Shown: piece after piece, positions 39,030 through 52,362 of the stretch
Position numbering within the stretch: the stretch's first letter is position 1
Layout of the letters: each line of letters begins with the position of its first letter
DNA from: Lama guanicoe
Lineage: Eukaryota
NCBI GenBank assembly: GCA_013239625.1
Contig: MU057356.1
Span: forward strand, 25,090,971 to 25,154,970
Direction of reading: 5' to 3'
DNA: 64,000 nucleotides
Notes under the pieces: model-generated
Told to the model about the DNA's origin: nothing
The model's input: the letters and a program-made list of their open reading frames with translations, nothing else
Databases searched by the model: none
Program-made: the position numbers and the translations under genes

Positions 39030-41100
39030 TATCTACCTAGTAGATATTCTACTCTTAGCAAGCTAGGAATAGAAGGGAATATCTTTAATCTGATTACAGA
39101 TGATGAGAAACTTCTATAATAAATGTCATATTTAATAGGAGGTTTCTAGAGTGACTTACTAAAAACTTTATTTCTGACTAACATCAAGAACAAAACAAGA
39201 ATGTCAGTTATTCGTGACTTTTTATCATTTCCTGGAGGTGATAGGCAGGGCAATAGGAAATAAAAATAAAATATGTAAGTCTTGTAAAGTTTCTTACTCT
39301 TTTTTGGCTGCTACAACAGAGTACCATAGATTGGGTGCCTTAGAAACAACAAAAATTAATTTCTCTGGAGGCTCAAAGTCCAAGATCAAGGCACAGGCAA
39401 ACTGATGTCTGGTGAGGGCCCACATCCCGGTCCTCTCATGTCAGGACAGGGAGGAGAGCTCTCTGGGGTATCTTTTATAGGGGCACTAATCCCATCCCTG
39501 AAAGCCTACCCTCGTGACCCAATCACCCCCAAAGGCTCCTCTTCCTAATACCATCACATAAGGGGTTAAGTTTCAATGTATGAATTTGGAGGGGAAGACA
39601 CAAATATTCAGTCTATGGCAGAAAGGAAGAAAATTGTTCTCATTCACAGATGATATAATTATGTGTACTGTAAACTTCGTAAACTACAGTAAACAAATGA
39701 ATAAAGAAGTTTAATATTTCTCAATATAAAGTCAATATTAAGAATCAGTAAATTTTATATAGATAGTACAGCATATAATTAGGATTTTTAAAAAATCAGA
39801 CCTTATACAACAGCATAAAAATCTACACATGCTGAGAAATAAAAGAAAAATGTGTAAAACCTCAATATAGAAAAGTAAAAAATAGTGACAGATATTTAAG
39901 AACACTTAAATATACAGAAGGATATTTCATATTTATGGATTAGAATATTCATTATTATAAAACTTCATTTCTTCCCAAACTGATTCGATACAATCCCAAT
40001 TAAAATTCCAGCTTTATTTGTGGAAATGGTAAGAAACAAGAATGGGAAAGACTGTCCTGAAGAAGAACAACAAAATAAGAAGACTTATAGTACCAGTTAT
40101 TAAGACATCATGAATTTTCAGTAATTAAGGAAGTATTGTTTGGGTGCATGGACAGACAATTAGACACCAGTGAATCAGAATGAAAATCCTAGAATTAGAA
40201 TCACACTTACATGATCTCCTGACACTTGACAAAAGCACTACCATGACACAGTAGGGAAAAGAGTCTTTTCAAGAATCAGCACCAGATCAAATGCACATGG
40301 GGGAAAAAAATGCAACTTCACCCCATGACACATCATACAGAAAAATCGATTCCAGATAGACTGTAGACCTACATGTGAAAGATAAAACAAGAATTCTTGA
40401 AGAGTATATAAAGAATATGTTCATGATCCTGGGGCAAGCAAAGATTTACTAAAAAAAAGACACAAGGAAATTACTAGCTATAATAAAAGATACTGAAAAA
40501 TTTGGTTGGTTTGAAACTCATGTGGCAGTAACTAGTAAAGCTGGATATATGCATACTATATCCTATGGGCCAGAAATTCCTCTCCTAGGGGTACACCCAA
40601 GAGAAATGTGCACATATGCACACCAAAAATATGCATGAAATGTTCTTAAAAACATTATTCATAATAGACATAAGCTAGAAATAACCAAAATGTTCATGGA
40701 CTAGAGAATAAATAAATAAGTGTGGTATATTTCTACAATGGCATATTATAAAATAATAAATAAAATTACTACTACATGCTGTGACTTGGGAGAATCTCAC
40801 AGACATAATGTTGAGGAAAAAAGCCAGACACAAAAGAGTATGTATTATGTGATCTCATTTTTATAAAACTCAAAAACATGTTAAACTGATTTATTTGTAT
40901 AGAAGACAGAATAGTGGTCAATTTACAGGTGGTATAACCACGAAGAGCCGACATGAGGAAGACTGTGAAGGAGCTTGCAGTACTTTAGTTCTTGATTACG
41001 AGTATGTCCATTTTGTAAAAACTCATCAAGCTATATACACTTAAGATTTATACTTCATTAAATGTGGTTTATATATGAGTAAAAATATGCAAAATAAAAA
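39030..41100 (+). mobile_element. Degenerate old L1 (L1ME/MD-like) ORF2 and 3' UTR
   Basis: 'actcttagcaagctaggaatagaagggaa', 'tggattagaatattc', 'tgacaaaagcac', 'aattcctctcctaggggtacacccaagagaaatg', 'aaagccagacacaaaagagta'. Confidence 0.85.
39290..39620 (-). mobile_element. MLT1A-type LTR nested in L1
   Basis: 'ggctgctacaacagagtaccatagattgggtg', 'aagtccaagatcaagg', 'gggcactaatcccat'; end 'attcagtctatggca'. Confidence 0.88.
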
Positions 41101-41479
41101 TTATAAATATAAGTTAGATTCCTACCTTTCTCCCTAAGACTTCAAGTGCCTTCTCACAATGAAGCAAATTGCTTTTATAGAATTAGGAAGATTTGAAAAC
41201 CCCATTTGCATTGTTGATCAGTGTAGTGGGTGTAATGGAAACTGAAACGTCTGTCCCAATACTTGAAATCTCATCTACCAACTTCACAACCTTGAGAAAC
41301 TTTTTATTTTGTTAACCTCAGTTTCTTCATCTACAAAACAATGGTACTGCTACTCCAACTTCAATGTCCTCCCTCAACCAGTGTGAAAAACATTTTTCTT
41401 TTCACATCTTACCCTAAATTCTTGTGTTTTTTGTTTGTTTGTTTGTTTTTAATATTTTCCTGTTTCTCCAAGCAGACTT

Positions 41480-41680
41480 AATCCTTCCTGGCTTCGCCCA
41501 CTATCTACACTTCGTACATACTTACTTTACAGTATTAGGTTTTGTTAGTTTCCACATGAAGGGACCATCTAGAAGTTTCTAGAAGACAAGGATAGTGCTT
41601 TTTCATATTTTGTATCCCAATGTCTGACACATCAGTTCAATTAATATATGAATAAGTGAAAGAATTAATGAATGAATGTC
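41480..41680 (+). mobile_element. L2 3' end
   Basis: 'tttgtatcccaatgtctgacaca...ttcaattaatat...aatgaatgaatg'. Confidence 0.6.
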
Positions 41681-42447
41681 TGCTTTACCTTCTAATCAAG
41701 TGACTGTAACCTGTGAATTGATATGCACTAAAGGAAAATGCTATACAGATGCGAATTATTGTATCCCAACGCACAGGAGTAAGTCACAGAATTGGGTCCA
41801 GTTTGTCTTATTTACTCATAAAGGAATATAGAACATGTTACTTGATTTTTGAAGAGCTATTTTAACTGAAGGGTTTAAAAAATATTCACAGATCCTTCAC
41901 TGAAACTTATGAACTCTGCAAAGACAGACACCTGACTGAACAAAAGAGGAATCCAGACAGAAGTGACAATAAAACACTTGTCATGGAGACAGAAGCAATG
42001 TTTAAGACAAGCAGCCCTCAAGTTTGAAATGCAGTCTCACTGTCTGCTCCAAAACCCAGCGGAAGGGTAAATAATGTCAAAGAAAACCAGCATGTCCTAC
42101 CAACTACAAATGGGGCGATTAGACTATCTGTTGAACACACATTTATGAACAGCACTGCTGACAAGCCTCTTTAGAAAAATTTATCTGTTTCTTCCATAGA
42201 GAAATGTATAATGAAACTGTCCTCTCTTTGTGTAGATCGTGGCCTACCTTTTTGTTTTTGGTTTGTGGTATACAGGCTAATTTACACTTTTAATTTTAGT
42301 AAAATACAAGAACTCTAGGCAAACTACATCACGTCAATATTGCTATCAATGCCAACAGTAGCAATAACATCGTATTTTCCCTCAGGACCATTTAACATCA
42401 CTTTTCAGAACCTTGCACAACAGAAAATATATGAGGAAAATGCTTAA

Positions 42448-42685
42448 TTGACTCTACGGATTGGATCCGGGCTGTAGAACACTTCGCCTCAAAGTCAGGA
42501 GTTCAAATCCAGCCTGGAGTAAAGAAGATAAAAACATTTCCAGGTGTTGTGTGCTTAAATCGAGTTTAAGCCTTGATGCAGCTCCCTGAGGCAAGGGATC
42601 AGCAGTATATTTTAGCATCTTGTTCACAGCCCTGAAGCAAGAACAAGGTCTGGAGACCCAGGAGACTGAACCAGCTCTTTATCCA
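42448..42685 (+). mobile_element. Probable LF-SINE (LFSINE_Vert) relic
   Basis: tRNA-like head 'ggattggatccgggctgtagaacacttcgcctcaaagtcaggagttcaaatccagcc' (B box at 42501) and downstream block 'gcatcttgttcacag...caaggtctgga...ggagactgaaccagctct'; both are colinear with the LF-SINE consensus as I recall it. Confidence 0.72.
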
Positions 42686-43384
42686 ACATCCAGCAGCATC
42701 ATTTAGGCCACACTCGGTGCCCTATAGACCCCTCCAGAGGTGCCAAGAAGATTTTCACTTTACATGGCTTCCAAACACTTAAACCATTACCTCCCACCCC
42801 TGGGGTGCTGGAAAACAAAGCTGAGAATTTATAAAGAAAAAGCTATTCAGTGTTTTCATTCTCAAAGAGCAAGATGATTCAGAAAAAAATTAATGAACTT
42901 GAAAAGGGAAGAAATTTAAATTTGGAATTACAAACTTTCATATGCATGGCCATGAATATGTAATTTCCCTGGTAAACTTTAAAATGTTGGCCAGGGAAAA
43001 TATTCACCCTATTATGAATATAACGGAGTTCCTGTAAATACGATGCACGACCTCCTAACTTGCATACCGAATTAGATGCTGGAGACACTGCTGCATCATA
43101 CACGCCAGTTTCTTAATTTCTGTAAATACATACATGCCCTATTGAATCCAAGTGATCACCAGCAGTAGTAAATAATATCAAATCCAAGTCGGATATACCT
43201 TATGGATAAAGTCACCAAGGAAACTGAAATCTTGATATACTACCACTGTTAAAATTTGCCAGACACAATTACATAGACCCTTATATTTCCAATATCACTT
43301 CACTCAAATCCTAACGTTTTATTCAGTTCCATTTTCTGAGGTGACCTTGTCACTTGACCCAACTGGTCTAAAGGAGTGGTCTGG

Positions 43385-43600
43385 CTATGGTTTGATCAAA
43401 GGGAAAAGTCCCTAGGCTTCAAATCAGCAACTGCTCAGAGCCCCAAGCCTGACTCTGCCATCACTACATTGCATAAACTTGAGTAAGAAATATCAGGTAT
43501 CTGTTCTCTTTCTTCATCTGCAGAACAAAGGTGGGAAAGGGGGATAATGAGTCATTCTGGAAGGTTCGTTCCAGTTCTACATTCTACAAACTGTGAAAAG
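43385..43600 (+). mobile_element. MIR/MIR3 SINE
   Basis: 'aagcctgactctgccatcact...cttgagtaag...tcttcatctg...aaggttcgttccagttctacattcta'. Confidence 0.7.
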
Positions 43601-43919
43601 GCTTTTAAAAGCTTCCTTTAAAAAATAATTTAGTTATTGTAAATTAGCTCTTTAAGGCTTTCTTAAGAAATATTAAAAATGCTATTTCTATGCATGAAGT
43701 TTTCATTTTAAGAGTGAATATATATTAATTTCCAAATGAGGTCTAGGAACATCTTTTACTTCAATTTACAAACCTACCTTTATTCCAGTTATAATACTAA
43801 AAATTAAAATTTGCAGGAGTCCAAGAATGTCACTTAGTCACAATCTCAACAAAAACATTAATAATCTAAACAAAACCATTAACCCTTGCCCCAACTTGGC
43901 AGATCACCTGATTCACATT

Positions 43920-44070
43920 TTTTAATTCCGTCATTTACTCAGCAAGCCAACCAGTGTTCATTCAGCGCCCAGTATGTGCTATGCACCCTGTCAGATGTCA
44001 CAGTTACAAAGAAAAACAAGCTGCTGTCCCAAGGAGCTTACGATCTCCTGAACGGTTTGACATAAAACAG
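43920..44070 (-). mobile_element. L2 3' end
   Basis: 'ttcattcagcgcccagtatgtgctatgcaccctg', 'caaggagcttacgatct'. Confidence 0.65.
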
Positions 44071-46479
44071 AAAATAATCTGTCTACTTAGTCATCTCTGA
44101 GGAGGACCAGCCTACACAACTCAATTCAGTAAATCAGGAAGTGATGGTAATTATACAGAAGTTTTTTCTAAGCCAATTATCATTTTTTCTGTGCTAACTT
44201 GGTGTCAGGAATCACAGACACAAGTACTGTCTACCTTTCATAGCGTGTGGTATATCCATAGCATGTGTCTTTGGGCTTATTCTGAAGTCACTCTGTGTTT
44301 ACCTCTGTTTTTATTTCGTATCCCACTTTAATACACGTTATTTTGGGGGTATTTCATGTATCATTTTAGTCTGCTTCAAGTCATTTCTAGAAAAAGACAG
44401 TGTATGAATAAATAAACCCCGACACTGCCAAATTTATACAAATGTTTAATTCCAAGAGGCTTTCCACAACTGGAATTTTTCATAAGTCAAAAAAAAAGTC
44501 TTCCTTTCTTTTAAATTTTAATTTTCTATTTTAAATCAGCCTTCTTATGCCAAGGAACTGTTCCTGCACTCTGAATGCACTTGGTCCTTTCTCTGTCATG
44601 ATTAAAATAAGAAAAAAGGGAAAAAGTAATTATCCAGATAAAACTGTGTTGTCATGAGCTAATTCCGAAAGAGTCTGCACTGAAACTGAATGAAACAAGA
44701 GGAGACTTGAAGCAAAGGCCAAAGAAGTTGCTGCCAACTTTATGCATTCACTTGGAGACAGTCCTCATAGTTGTGTTTCCAAACATAAACCAAAATTTTC
44801 TCGTCTCTTTAAAATGCTATAATGTCCTTTATAACCCAGAGAGGTGTTGTCAAGAGCTCTCAGATCCTTGCCATACATGACCTCATTTTACATTCCCATG
44901 ACCTGGGCTCACACAAGGATGACTCTACGTTCCTTGGGTAGAGTATAAGCAATGAGATCCTGTGGCAAGGAATGAGCTTATATGCTTTGTAACTTTCCCA
45001 AACTGAGGACAGTGCCTGGCGTACAGTCAATGCTTGATTGATGCTCGGGATTCAGAAACAATACTGGATCCAGACGACAGTTCAATCAATCAGAAGGCTC
45101 CAACAAGTTCAGGAATCTATGAGGGCACAAGGAATTCTGATTCAATGTTTTATGATGTGTAGATGGGGTGTTTTCCTGATAAACTGTTTGTCTGAAAGTG
45201 TATTTTCTTAGACTGAAAAGATTCTAACTTCTCAGAGCAGGTTTAATAAATGCCACAAAGATGATGAAGCTATCATAAATTGGTTCCAGACCTCACCCTT
45301 TCTATACAGTTATTAATACTAAAATAAGCTTGGATAGGGAAGAAGGGGCACGGGGTAGTGATAAAAAGGAAGGTTTCCTATTTCTGTAAATCGTCATACC
45401 ATCCAAGTAAATTGTTAAAATGCTTATCCTTAATTTATCAAAACATCATTTCCTATGTAAACTTTCAAAGGATAACTTTCTGTTAAAAAATGTCATTTGA
45501 TTCAGTGTGACCACCATCTGTGGAGATTTAAGGCTATGAACAGACTACGCATTCATACTACTATGACTAGCTTCAAAAACATTTTAGAAGCTAAAACATT
45601 GATAAAATAATTTAAAATGCTTTAGAATGCAAAAAACTTAATGGTCCAAAATAAAATTGCATTAATAATGAAAAGCTCTGATGGAGCTAACAGTATGCAG
45701 CAAAGGCTTAAGGAAGCATCAAGGTTAAATCAAGAGTAAAATGAATCCTTTTGCAGCTAGGATGACCATTATCCAGCCAAAGGGAAGTCCAGGCATCTGG
45801 CCTGGTTCCATGGGATGAAGAGAGAGCTATTGTAGAAGAGGTCCAAGTAAAGCCACTAGGCTGGCAGACCCTAATGTCAGACTTTTAACGCCTGGTGCCT
45901 GCCTGCTCGTGGCCTGCGAGTTGATGCATAGAATTTACTGCAGTTTGACTAGCTCGTATTCTGGACATCATAGGGGTCTGGAGTCATGATAATCAAATCA
46001 AGGGAACTAAGAATTTTTTGCTCAGTCTAAGCTTCACTGTCAGGTCAGTTAAAACTTCTGGACCATTCTATCCAGAACTAACTAACTATCCTCGAGATTG
46101 GCGGAAGGAGGGGTGACAAGGCTATAAGATTAGTGTTTCCAGCATGGACCAATTTAAAGGACAAATGTGAAGCCAAAGCCTGTTCTTGAAATACTGTACC
46201 GTTAGGCTCTCAGTGATGGTCTTAGAAGTAGCTACTAGGAAGCACCATGAGCAATCACGAGGCCTCTTAATGTCATACTTAAAAGAAAATGGAGCCTATT
46301 TTGAGCTAATTGCATTGAAAATGACAGTATCGTTTTTAATTTGTTAGATTTGCTCACCCTTTTCTTGCTCTTTAACTCTCGCACATAAATGACCCAGAAT
46401 CCTATGTGTACACTTTTTTTGTTAAAGGAAACAGAAGAAAGGCTTTTTACCAAAAGTTTTATATGAACATTTGATCCTG

Positions 46480-46900
46480 TCACAGGCAAGTGTTTGTCCA
46501 ATATACATTTATTGCCTATTACGTGCCAAGTCCAGTGCTGACAGCTGCAAAGAAGAAAAAGGAAAAATATACATGAAGCCTGCCTTCATGAAGCTTGTAT
46601 TCTAATGATGAAGAAAAATAATGAAAAAATAACTATAAATATATGAGGGTCAAAAGATGGACAGACTATTAAGGGCATAGGTAACAAGGGAACCAACCTC
46701 TTCTGTGGTCCAGGAGAAGACATGAAGTTTAAGTTAACATTTGAAAGTGAGCAGAAGTTTATCAGATGAAGAGTGGGGCAAAAGAGTTTCCAGGACTCCA
46801 GGTGCTGAAAGATGGGTTGGGTAACTACAATGCAAGAACAAAGAAGAGGCCAAGAGTTCGGCAGTGCCCAGTGCAAAAGTCCCAGTAAACTACGGTAAAG
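46480..46900 (-). mobile_element. L2 3' fragment
   Basis: 'catttattgcctattacgtgccaag', 'cctgccttcatgaagcttgtattctaatg'. Confidence 0.7.
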
Positions 46901-47102
46901 TATTCCAGATTTTATCATTAAGTGCCTCAGAAGCTACCAATTGAGAAAGATGGCTTATTGGTGCCTATTATCATTTCTAGAGGAAAGGTAATTACTACTG
47001 ATGGTACCCTGTGTCTTAAGACATGTTTCAAATACAAAGTTTCATTTAAAATTTTGCAACACATTCACATTTTGGGGAAAAATAAAAACAAAGGGAGCTT
47101 TA

Positions 47103-47213
47103 TTTGGTGGGGGATAGGTAATTAGGTTTATTTATTTATTCATTTTTGGAGGAGGTGCTGGGGATTGAACCCAGGACCTTCCTTTGTGGGGAGTGGAGCC
47201 ATATCCACTCCCC
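47103..47213 (-). mobile_element. Camelid tRNA-derived SINE (vic-1 type), internally rearranged
   Basis: 'ggtaattaggtttatttattta...tggaggaggtgctggggattgaacccaggacct'; TSD acaaagggagcttta (47088-47102) / acaaaggaaacttta (47214-47228). Confidence 0.85.
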
Positions 47214-47222
47214 ACAAAGGAA
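47179..47222. repeat. Perfect inverted repeat, 19-bp arms, 6-nt loop
   Basis: ttcctttgtggggagtgga-gccata-tccactccccacaaaggaa. Confidence 0.97.
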
Positions 47223-49454
47223 ACTTTAAATGAACGGTTTTATATAAATTAAATTCAAGTGCAAATGTTCCCACAGTTTGCTTTTCCTCTTTAATGCCAT
47301 AACTTATAACAGAAGCCTTAATTAGGAAACTATGACAATGGGTAGAAATGAACATACCAATAGAATCAGATGTATCTTAGTATGGGTATTGTGAAATGGG
47401 ACTGGAGTATTATTTAGAATCGTTATTGTTAGCTTCTTTCATGCTTCAGGGGCAAATCAGGAAGTGAAGAGAGATTTAATCCAATCAGCCAGAACAACTC
47501 TTCCCTCAGGATAGTAGTTAAGTCAGGTGCAAAGTGAGGTGTTTTAGCTCCTAATCCCAAGAGCTCCCCTTACAACACCGGAGCAGTCACCTGGAAATCC
47601 CAACTCTCTCCAGCTCTGTTTATCATGCATGTTATTTGTTCTTCTAGGTCTCTTCCCCAGGAAAAAGATTCCCAACACAAACAGTTCCCTCATCCTGCTC
47701 AAAGAGGGGACAAAAAAAAAAAAAAAATTCATCCCATAGACAAAGCTTGAGAGACAAAAGCTCCCCGAAGAGGTAAGAGTTCTAGCTCAAACTTTGCAAG
47801 GAGACTTCTCTACAAGCTTTCCCAGATTCCTTAAAGATTTCTCTTTACTCTGAAATTCCTCCTTTATAGAATCTTTTTCATGAGCAGGAAGAGATTGCAA
47901 ATAGGGGGAAGAGGGATTCAAGGTCACTAAGCATCTTGGAGTTGGGAAGAGGAGACAGAAATGTTTGTCTGGAGCCTGGCTGAGGAGGGACTCCTGACTT
48001 TCCAGAGGTAGCCCTCTAAGCAAACCACTGGTTTGGTTATTTCTAAGAATAGCCTCCAAAAGAACAAGAAATACCCAGACTAGGGGTTTTTCACCTACAT
48101 GGCAAAATTTCTGCCAAGACTATTATGGTCATTGAAAGGGGAACAAAGACATAAAATAATGTCTGGCCAGGAAATCAAAGCAAGAGAACCACCCCCCCAC
48201 AAAACTGCATCACTGTAAGTAGGTGTTTGGCTTCATTCTATTTCAAAGTGAGGTTTCCAATACAGTTTTGTTCTCTTCTTGAAAGGGCTAACTATAGTGG
48301 TATTTCCAGAGAAACATGTGGTTGTTACCGTGGTTTTATTACTACGTTTTCCAAAGAGCTAGTGTGACTTAAAAGCAAGACCAGTTTTCAAATATTTGGT
48401 TGTTTTATCTTCAAACTCTTGAAAGTAACAGCATTCATATTTATAGATTCCTGTATACACAGAGATGTGCAGAGAAGCAGTCAATGTCTGCCTTTGGCTT
48501 TACTTTCAAGGAAACGAAGACAAACTTACAAAAATATGAAGATTTCAAGTGGTATCAGTGTGCAAATGTATGTATTTATTTAGCTGTTTATTTGATTTGT
48601 GAAATCATGGTTTTTTTTTTTTGGTGATACAGACTCTTGAGGGAGTCAATGCAAAATAATGTTTAATTTAAATAGATCACAAACAACATTGGCTGCCACA
48701 TATTAGCATCAGAAACTCACCATAATAAAAAGAAGCTCCCCTCGTCCCGCTGCTGGGGCTTTGCAATCAGGTCAGGCAGAGAAAATTCTACAAATGAGAT
48801 CCCTTCAAGGGAAGTCCTCTTTCCCTGAAGACTGAATTTCTAAACTGTAGCTGGAGTGCTTCAAGTCATTTTAATTATGATGAGGGCACAAGGGGAGAGG
48901 TGCAATTTCCAAGACTGGGGCTAAGTTATTTTGGGACTTAGAGGCCAGTGTCTTATCTAGAATTATACTTGGAAGGGAAAAGGCAGCCTACGCACACTGG
49001 GGCCTAGTACCCCCATAGCCTGCAGCACTTATCAAGCACTCATGGCAGAAATGCTGTATTCCCAGAGGATATCAAAGGTACGTCACTCAAACTCAAATTA
49101 TAACTAAATACTGATAGGGAAAATTGCTGGCAATGTAAAATCACCTAAAATGTTATGTACATATCTTCCCGGTCCATTTTGAAGTTTGGATACTCATTTA
49201 GAAAAGTACCCTCCTAATAATCTCAATTGTTGGTTGAAAGGAAAGAACAAGAAATCAGCAGAGTTGTGGGCAGGAAAGACCTGGCAGCCAAAGGGAGCAA
49301 AGGATGAAGGTGAGTTAGATTTAACCAGCAGTGAACTATTTGATAATATAAACCTAAATGTCCTGGTTCTTTTAAATTATAGGACTGTTTACTCTGAGGT
49401 GTTTAGTTCTTTTGAGGTTAAGTCAGTTTGGGGAAATAAGGAGGACTTCTGCTG

Positions 49455-49862
49455 TTTTGGTCTCCCCAATAACCAATCCTTCCTCTTTGCTCAGTTTTCT
49501 TTTGGGAGCAACCTCTCTCGCACTCAGTGTAAGATGTGCTGAGGACTAGCCCACTCCACAGCTCCAGGATGGGCACTGATCCATTTCTCACCAGTCACAG
49601 CATTTTATCCCCTTGGCTACAACAATTCAAAATATGCACACACGCCAAACACTGGACCAGCAAGAACTGAGAGTGAGTCAGATTTCTGCCACAATTAGGA
49701 GGAATGATCTTTCCCTGGGAAGGTGGTAGGAGATGCTAAGCTAAGGAGATATGAGTTAGCAGATCTGGACACAGGAGTGATCAAATTAGACAAATTCTTA
49801 TTCTGTTTAAGCCAGTTTGAATAATGTTCTGTCACTTGTGACCTACAGAGTAATGACTAACA
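49455..49862 (+). mobile_element. LTR16-like ERVL solo LTR
   Basis: 'gctccaggatgggcac', 'cattttatccccttggctaca'; 3' end 'tttaagccagtttga...ttctgtcacttg...tgactaaca'. Confidence 0.6.
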
Positions 49863-50099
49863 AAGGAAGGGAACTAGGGTGTCCAAACCTGATAAGGTTG
49901 TGGGGTGGCAGAACAGAGGACTCTGCTGAGAGTCAGGGGCCTCAAGATCTCTTTCTCACTCTACTACTGACTGCGTGATTATGAGTCATGGACTCTCCAT
50001 TTATGAAATTATGGAAAGAACTGGAAAGTGTAAATCCTAAACTTTAAAAAAAACTCCATTCTCAAATTTTACCCCAAGTCCCATTATCTGAAATAAGTC

Positions 50100-50360
50100 A
50101 TGGTAACAACAGCAACAATAGGAGTGCTCACTGAGCATGTGCTCTCTGCAGACGTCTTGGTTCTAGATGCTTCATCATGCTTCACTCATCTTAATCCTCA
50201 CAAAATCCTAAATGCAAGTCTGGTTATAAATTTCATTTTACAGGGAAAGAAACTAAAGAACAGAAAGATGAAGAAACTTCTCCAAGGTCACACAGCCATA
50301 CAGAGTGGGCCTGGGATAGGATCCAGCTCCAGGGTCTGTGCTCTCAAGCACTCCTCTCCT
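50100..50360 (-). mobile_element. MIR SINE, near full length
   Basis: 'cactgagcat...catcttaatcctcacaaaatccta...cattttacagggaaagaaact...ccaaggtcacacagc'. Confidence 0.85.
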
Positions 50361-52362
50361 AACCAAAGCTTCTCTAGTTGAAGTGACGTGGGCAGGCTAG
50401 AAGCCCATCCCTGAAGCTCCACTTGGTAACCAAAAGGCTCTAAAGAGTGTGATAACCATAAAATTCTATGACAGCTAAAATTTATTCCAACTCCAAATGT
50501 TTGCGTATATATATACTCAAGCATATTGTGCCAAATATGTTGTAACAAACCAGTCCTAAAACTATCTGAACAGCGCTCTACAAAGCCCCAAAGGGATAAT
50601 CCCAGCAGCTCAGCCTCTAATCCCATTTGGGGGCTTCTCCCAGCCACTTACTAGGAAAACCACACAACGGAGAATGTTTGACCTCTATCATTACTGCACC
50701 TTCTTCCTTCTAACATCATTTTACCTGCAGGTAGCATATCTGAAGCTACAGACAACTTTAGAAGACTGGAAACCAAAACAAGTATTTAGCCATCATTTTT
50801 GTAGACCATCTTCTCTGCCAGATCCAGGCACTTGGAGCTGTGCTCACTGCAGTTAAGAACTCAGGGTGGAGGAATCTAGTCAACAGCTGGAATTACAGGA
50901 CCAGAGATAAAGAAACAGAAAGCTACAGATACTCATTTGGCAATAGGTTATTGACGCCCTAGGTGTGGTGAAATGCTTACCAAGCAACAAAAGAGTCAAT
51001 TAGAGTGTCAATATTTAAGTGCTAGTAAGAAGAAAAGGAACCAGGGCAGAAATCTAGGAATGTCTGGTCAGAGAGGTACAATAAATACGTTTTATTTCAA
51101 TGTGCAGAGTTGAATTCCCCTCTTTCTCATTTTTTCACCTTTTTCCTAAACCCCTATTCTTTTATGCATCTACTGCCCAACAGGTAGCCACTTAATATAC
51201 TTGATATATATTCTTATATATCCTTATATTCTTATAAAATATATTGTTTTGCTTTATGAATATGTGAGCTTTTAGTTTACATACATATTTTTGTGTTGAA
51301 AGCTTTTTCATTTCCTACTTTTGCCACTTAATTTTTTTTTTTTTGGTAAGAAATTGGTGGCTTCCTACTTTTACATGGCATTCTGCAGTTACACCTACCA
51401 CACTTAAATTTCCCATGCCCATCATGTTGTATACCCAGGTTCCCTGTAAGAGCAGACATGCTTGTTCCTGCTTCACATTACAGTAGCTTCTCCTATCTCC
51501 TTAAAGGTGATTGCTATGGGTATTTTAAATTCTTGATCTCTCTGTTCCATTCATTCTGCTTCCATAAAGGCTGTTTCGTCTTTTCTCTTGGCTGTGCTAT
51601 TCACTATTTGATTGCTTAGCCTGTGACTTGTTCTTCCCCTGGGGGCATCAGTTATCTTGACTGGTAATGTGTTCACAGTCTGGGTTTGATCACCCCTCAC
51701 TGTTCTCTGCTTATCAAGCGATGCTATGCCTGAAGAGATCCCTCCATTTCTCAGGCCCAGGCACTCCTTTCTTGGAAAGCTTTTATCTTTCAGCTACAAC
51801 TGCCTAGAGGGGAAAGTATGAGGGGTTAAAGAAGGGAGTGCCTGACTGTGGGCCAGACATCCTGCATCTGTGCTTATCTGCCCATGACCCCACCCTTCTC
51901 CTAGGCTAATGCTGCCCCTCAGTCCCCTTCACCAACAAACTGGGGCTGGTGTTGAGATGTGCTCCTGCCCCACTGTGGAGGGGAACAAGCACCCACTAGC
52001 CATCCCAGGCAACGTGATAGAGAAGTGTCCAACAAGAGTCTTCCTCGCTGTGGCGCCTGGCCTTTCTCTACCTCTGCTTGTCATTTCCTATCCTTTCTGT
52101 CACAGTCACTCTCCCACTTCCAGGGTTTCTCGCGGTCTTTTGCTTTCATCCTCGGGAATCTCCAGGATTGGGCTGTGGAGTCATCCAGAAGGTTGTATTA
52201 AGTCTCCGTCTTGTCAGTTCCAAGACACAATCCAGGACTGGGTTTGTCTCCCCACTAGGCTCCAAGTCTCCTTGAAGGTAGGCACTGAGTAATGGTACAC
52301 CTGAACTACCAATCCCTAGATCGGCATCAGTGAATTACAGAAACCAAAGCGAGTTTGTTGAA

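Noticed and set aside
42448-42520. Functional tRNA gene
   Set aside because: A B box is present but I see no cloverleaf or T-run terminator; it is better explained as a SINE head.
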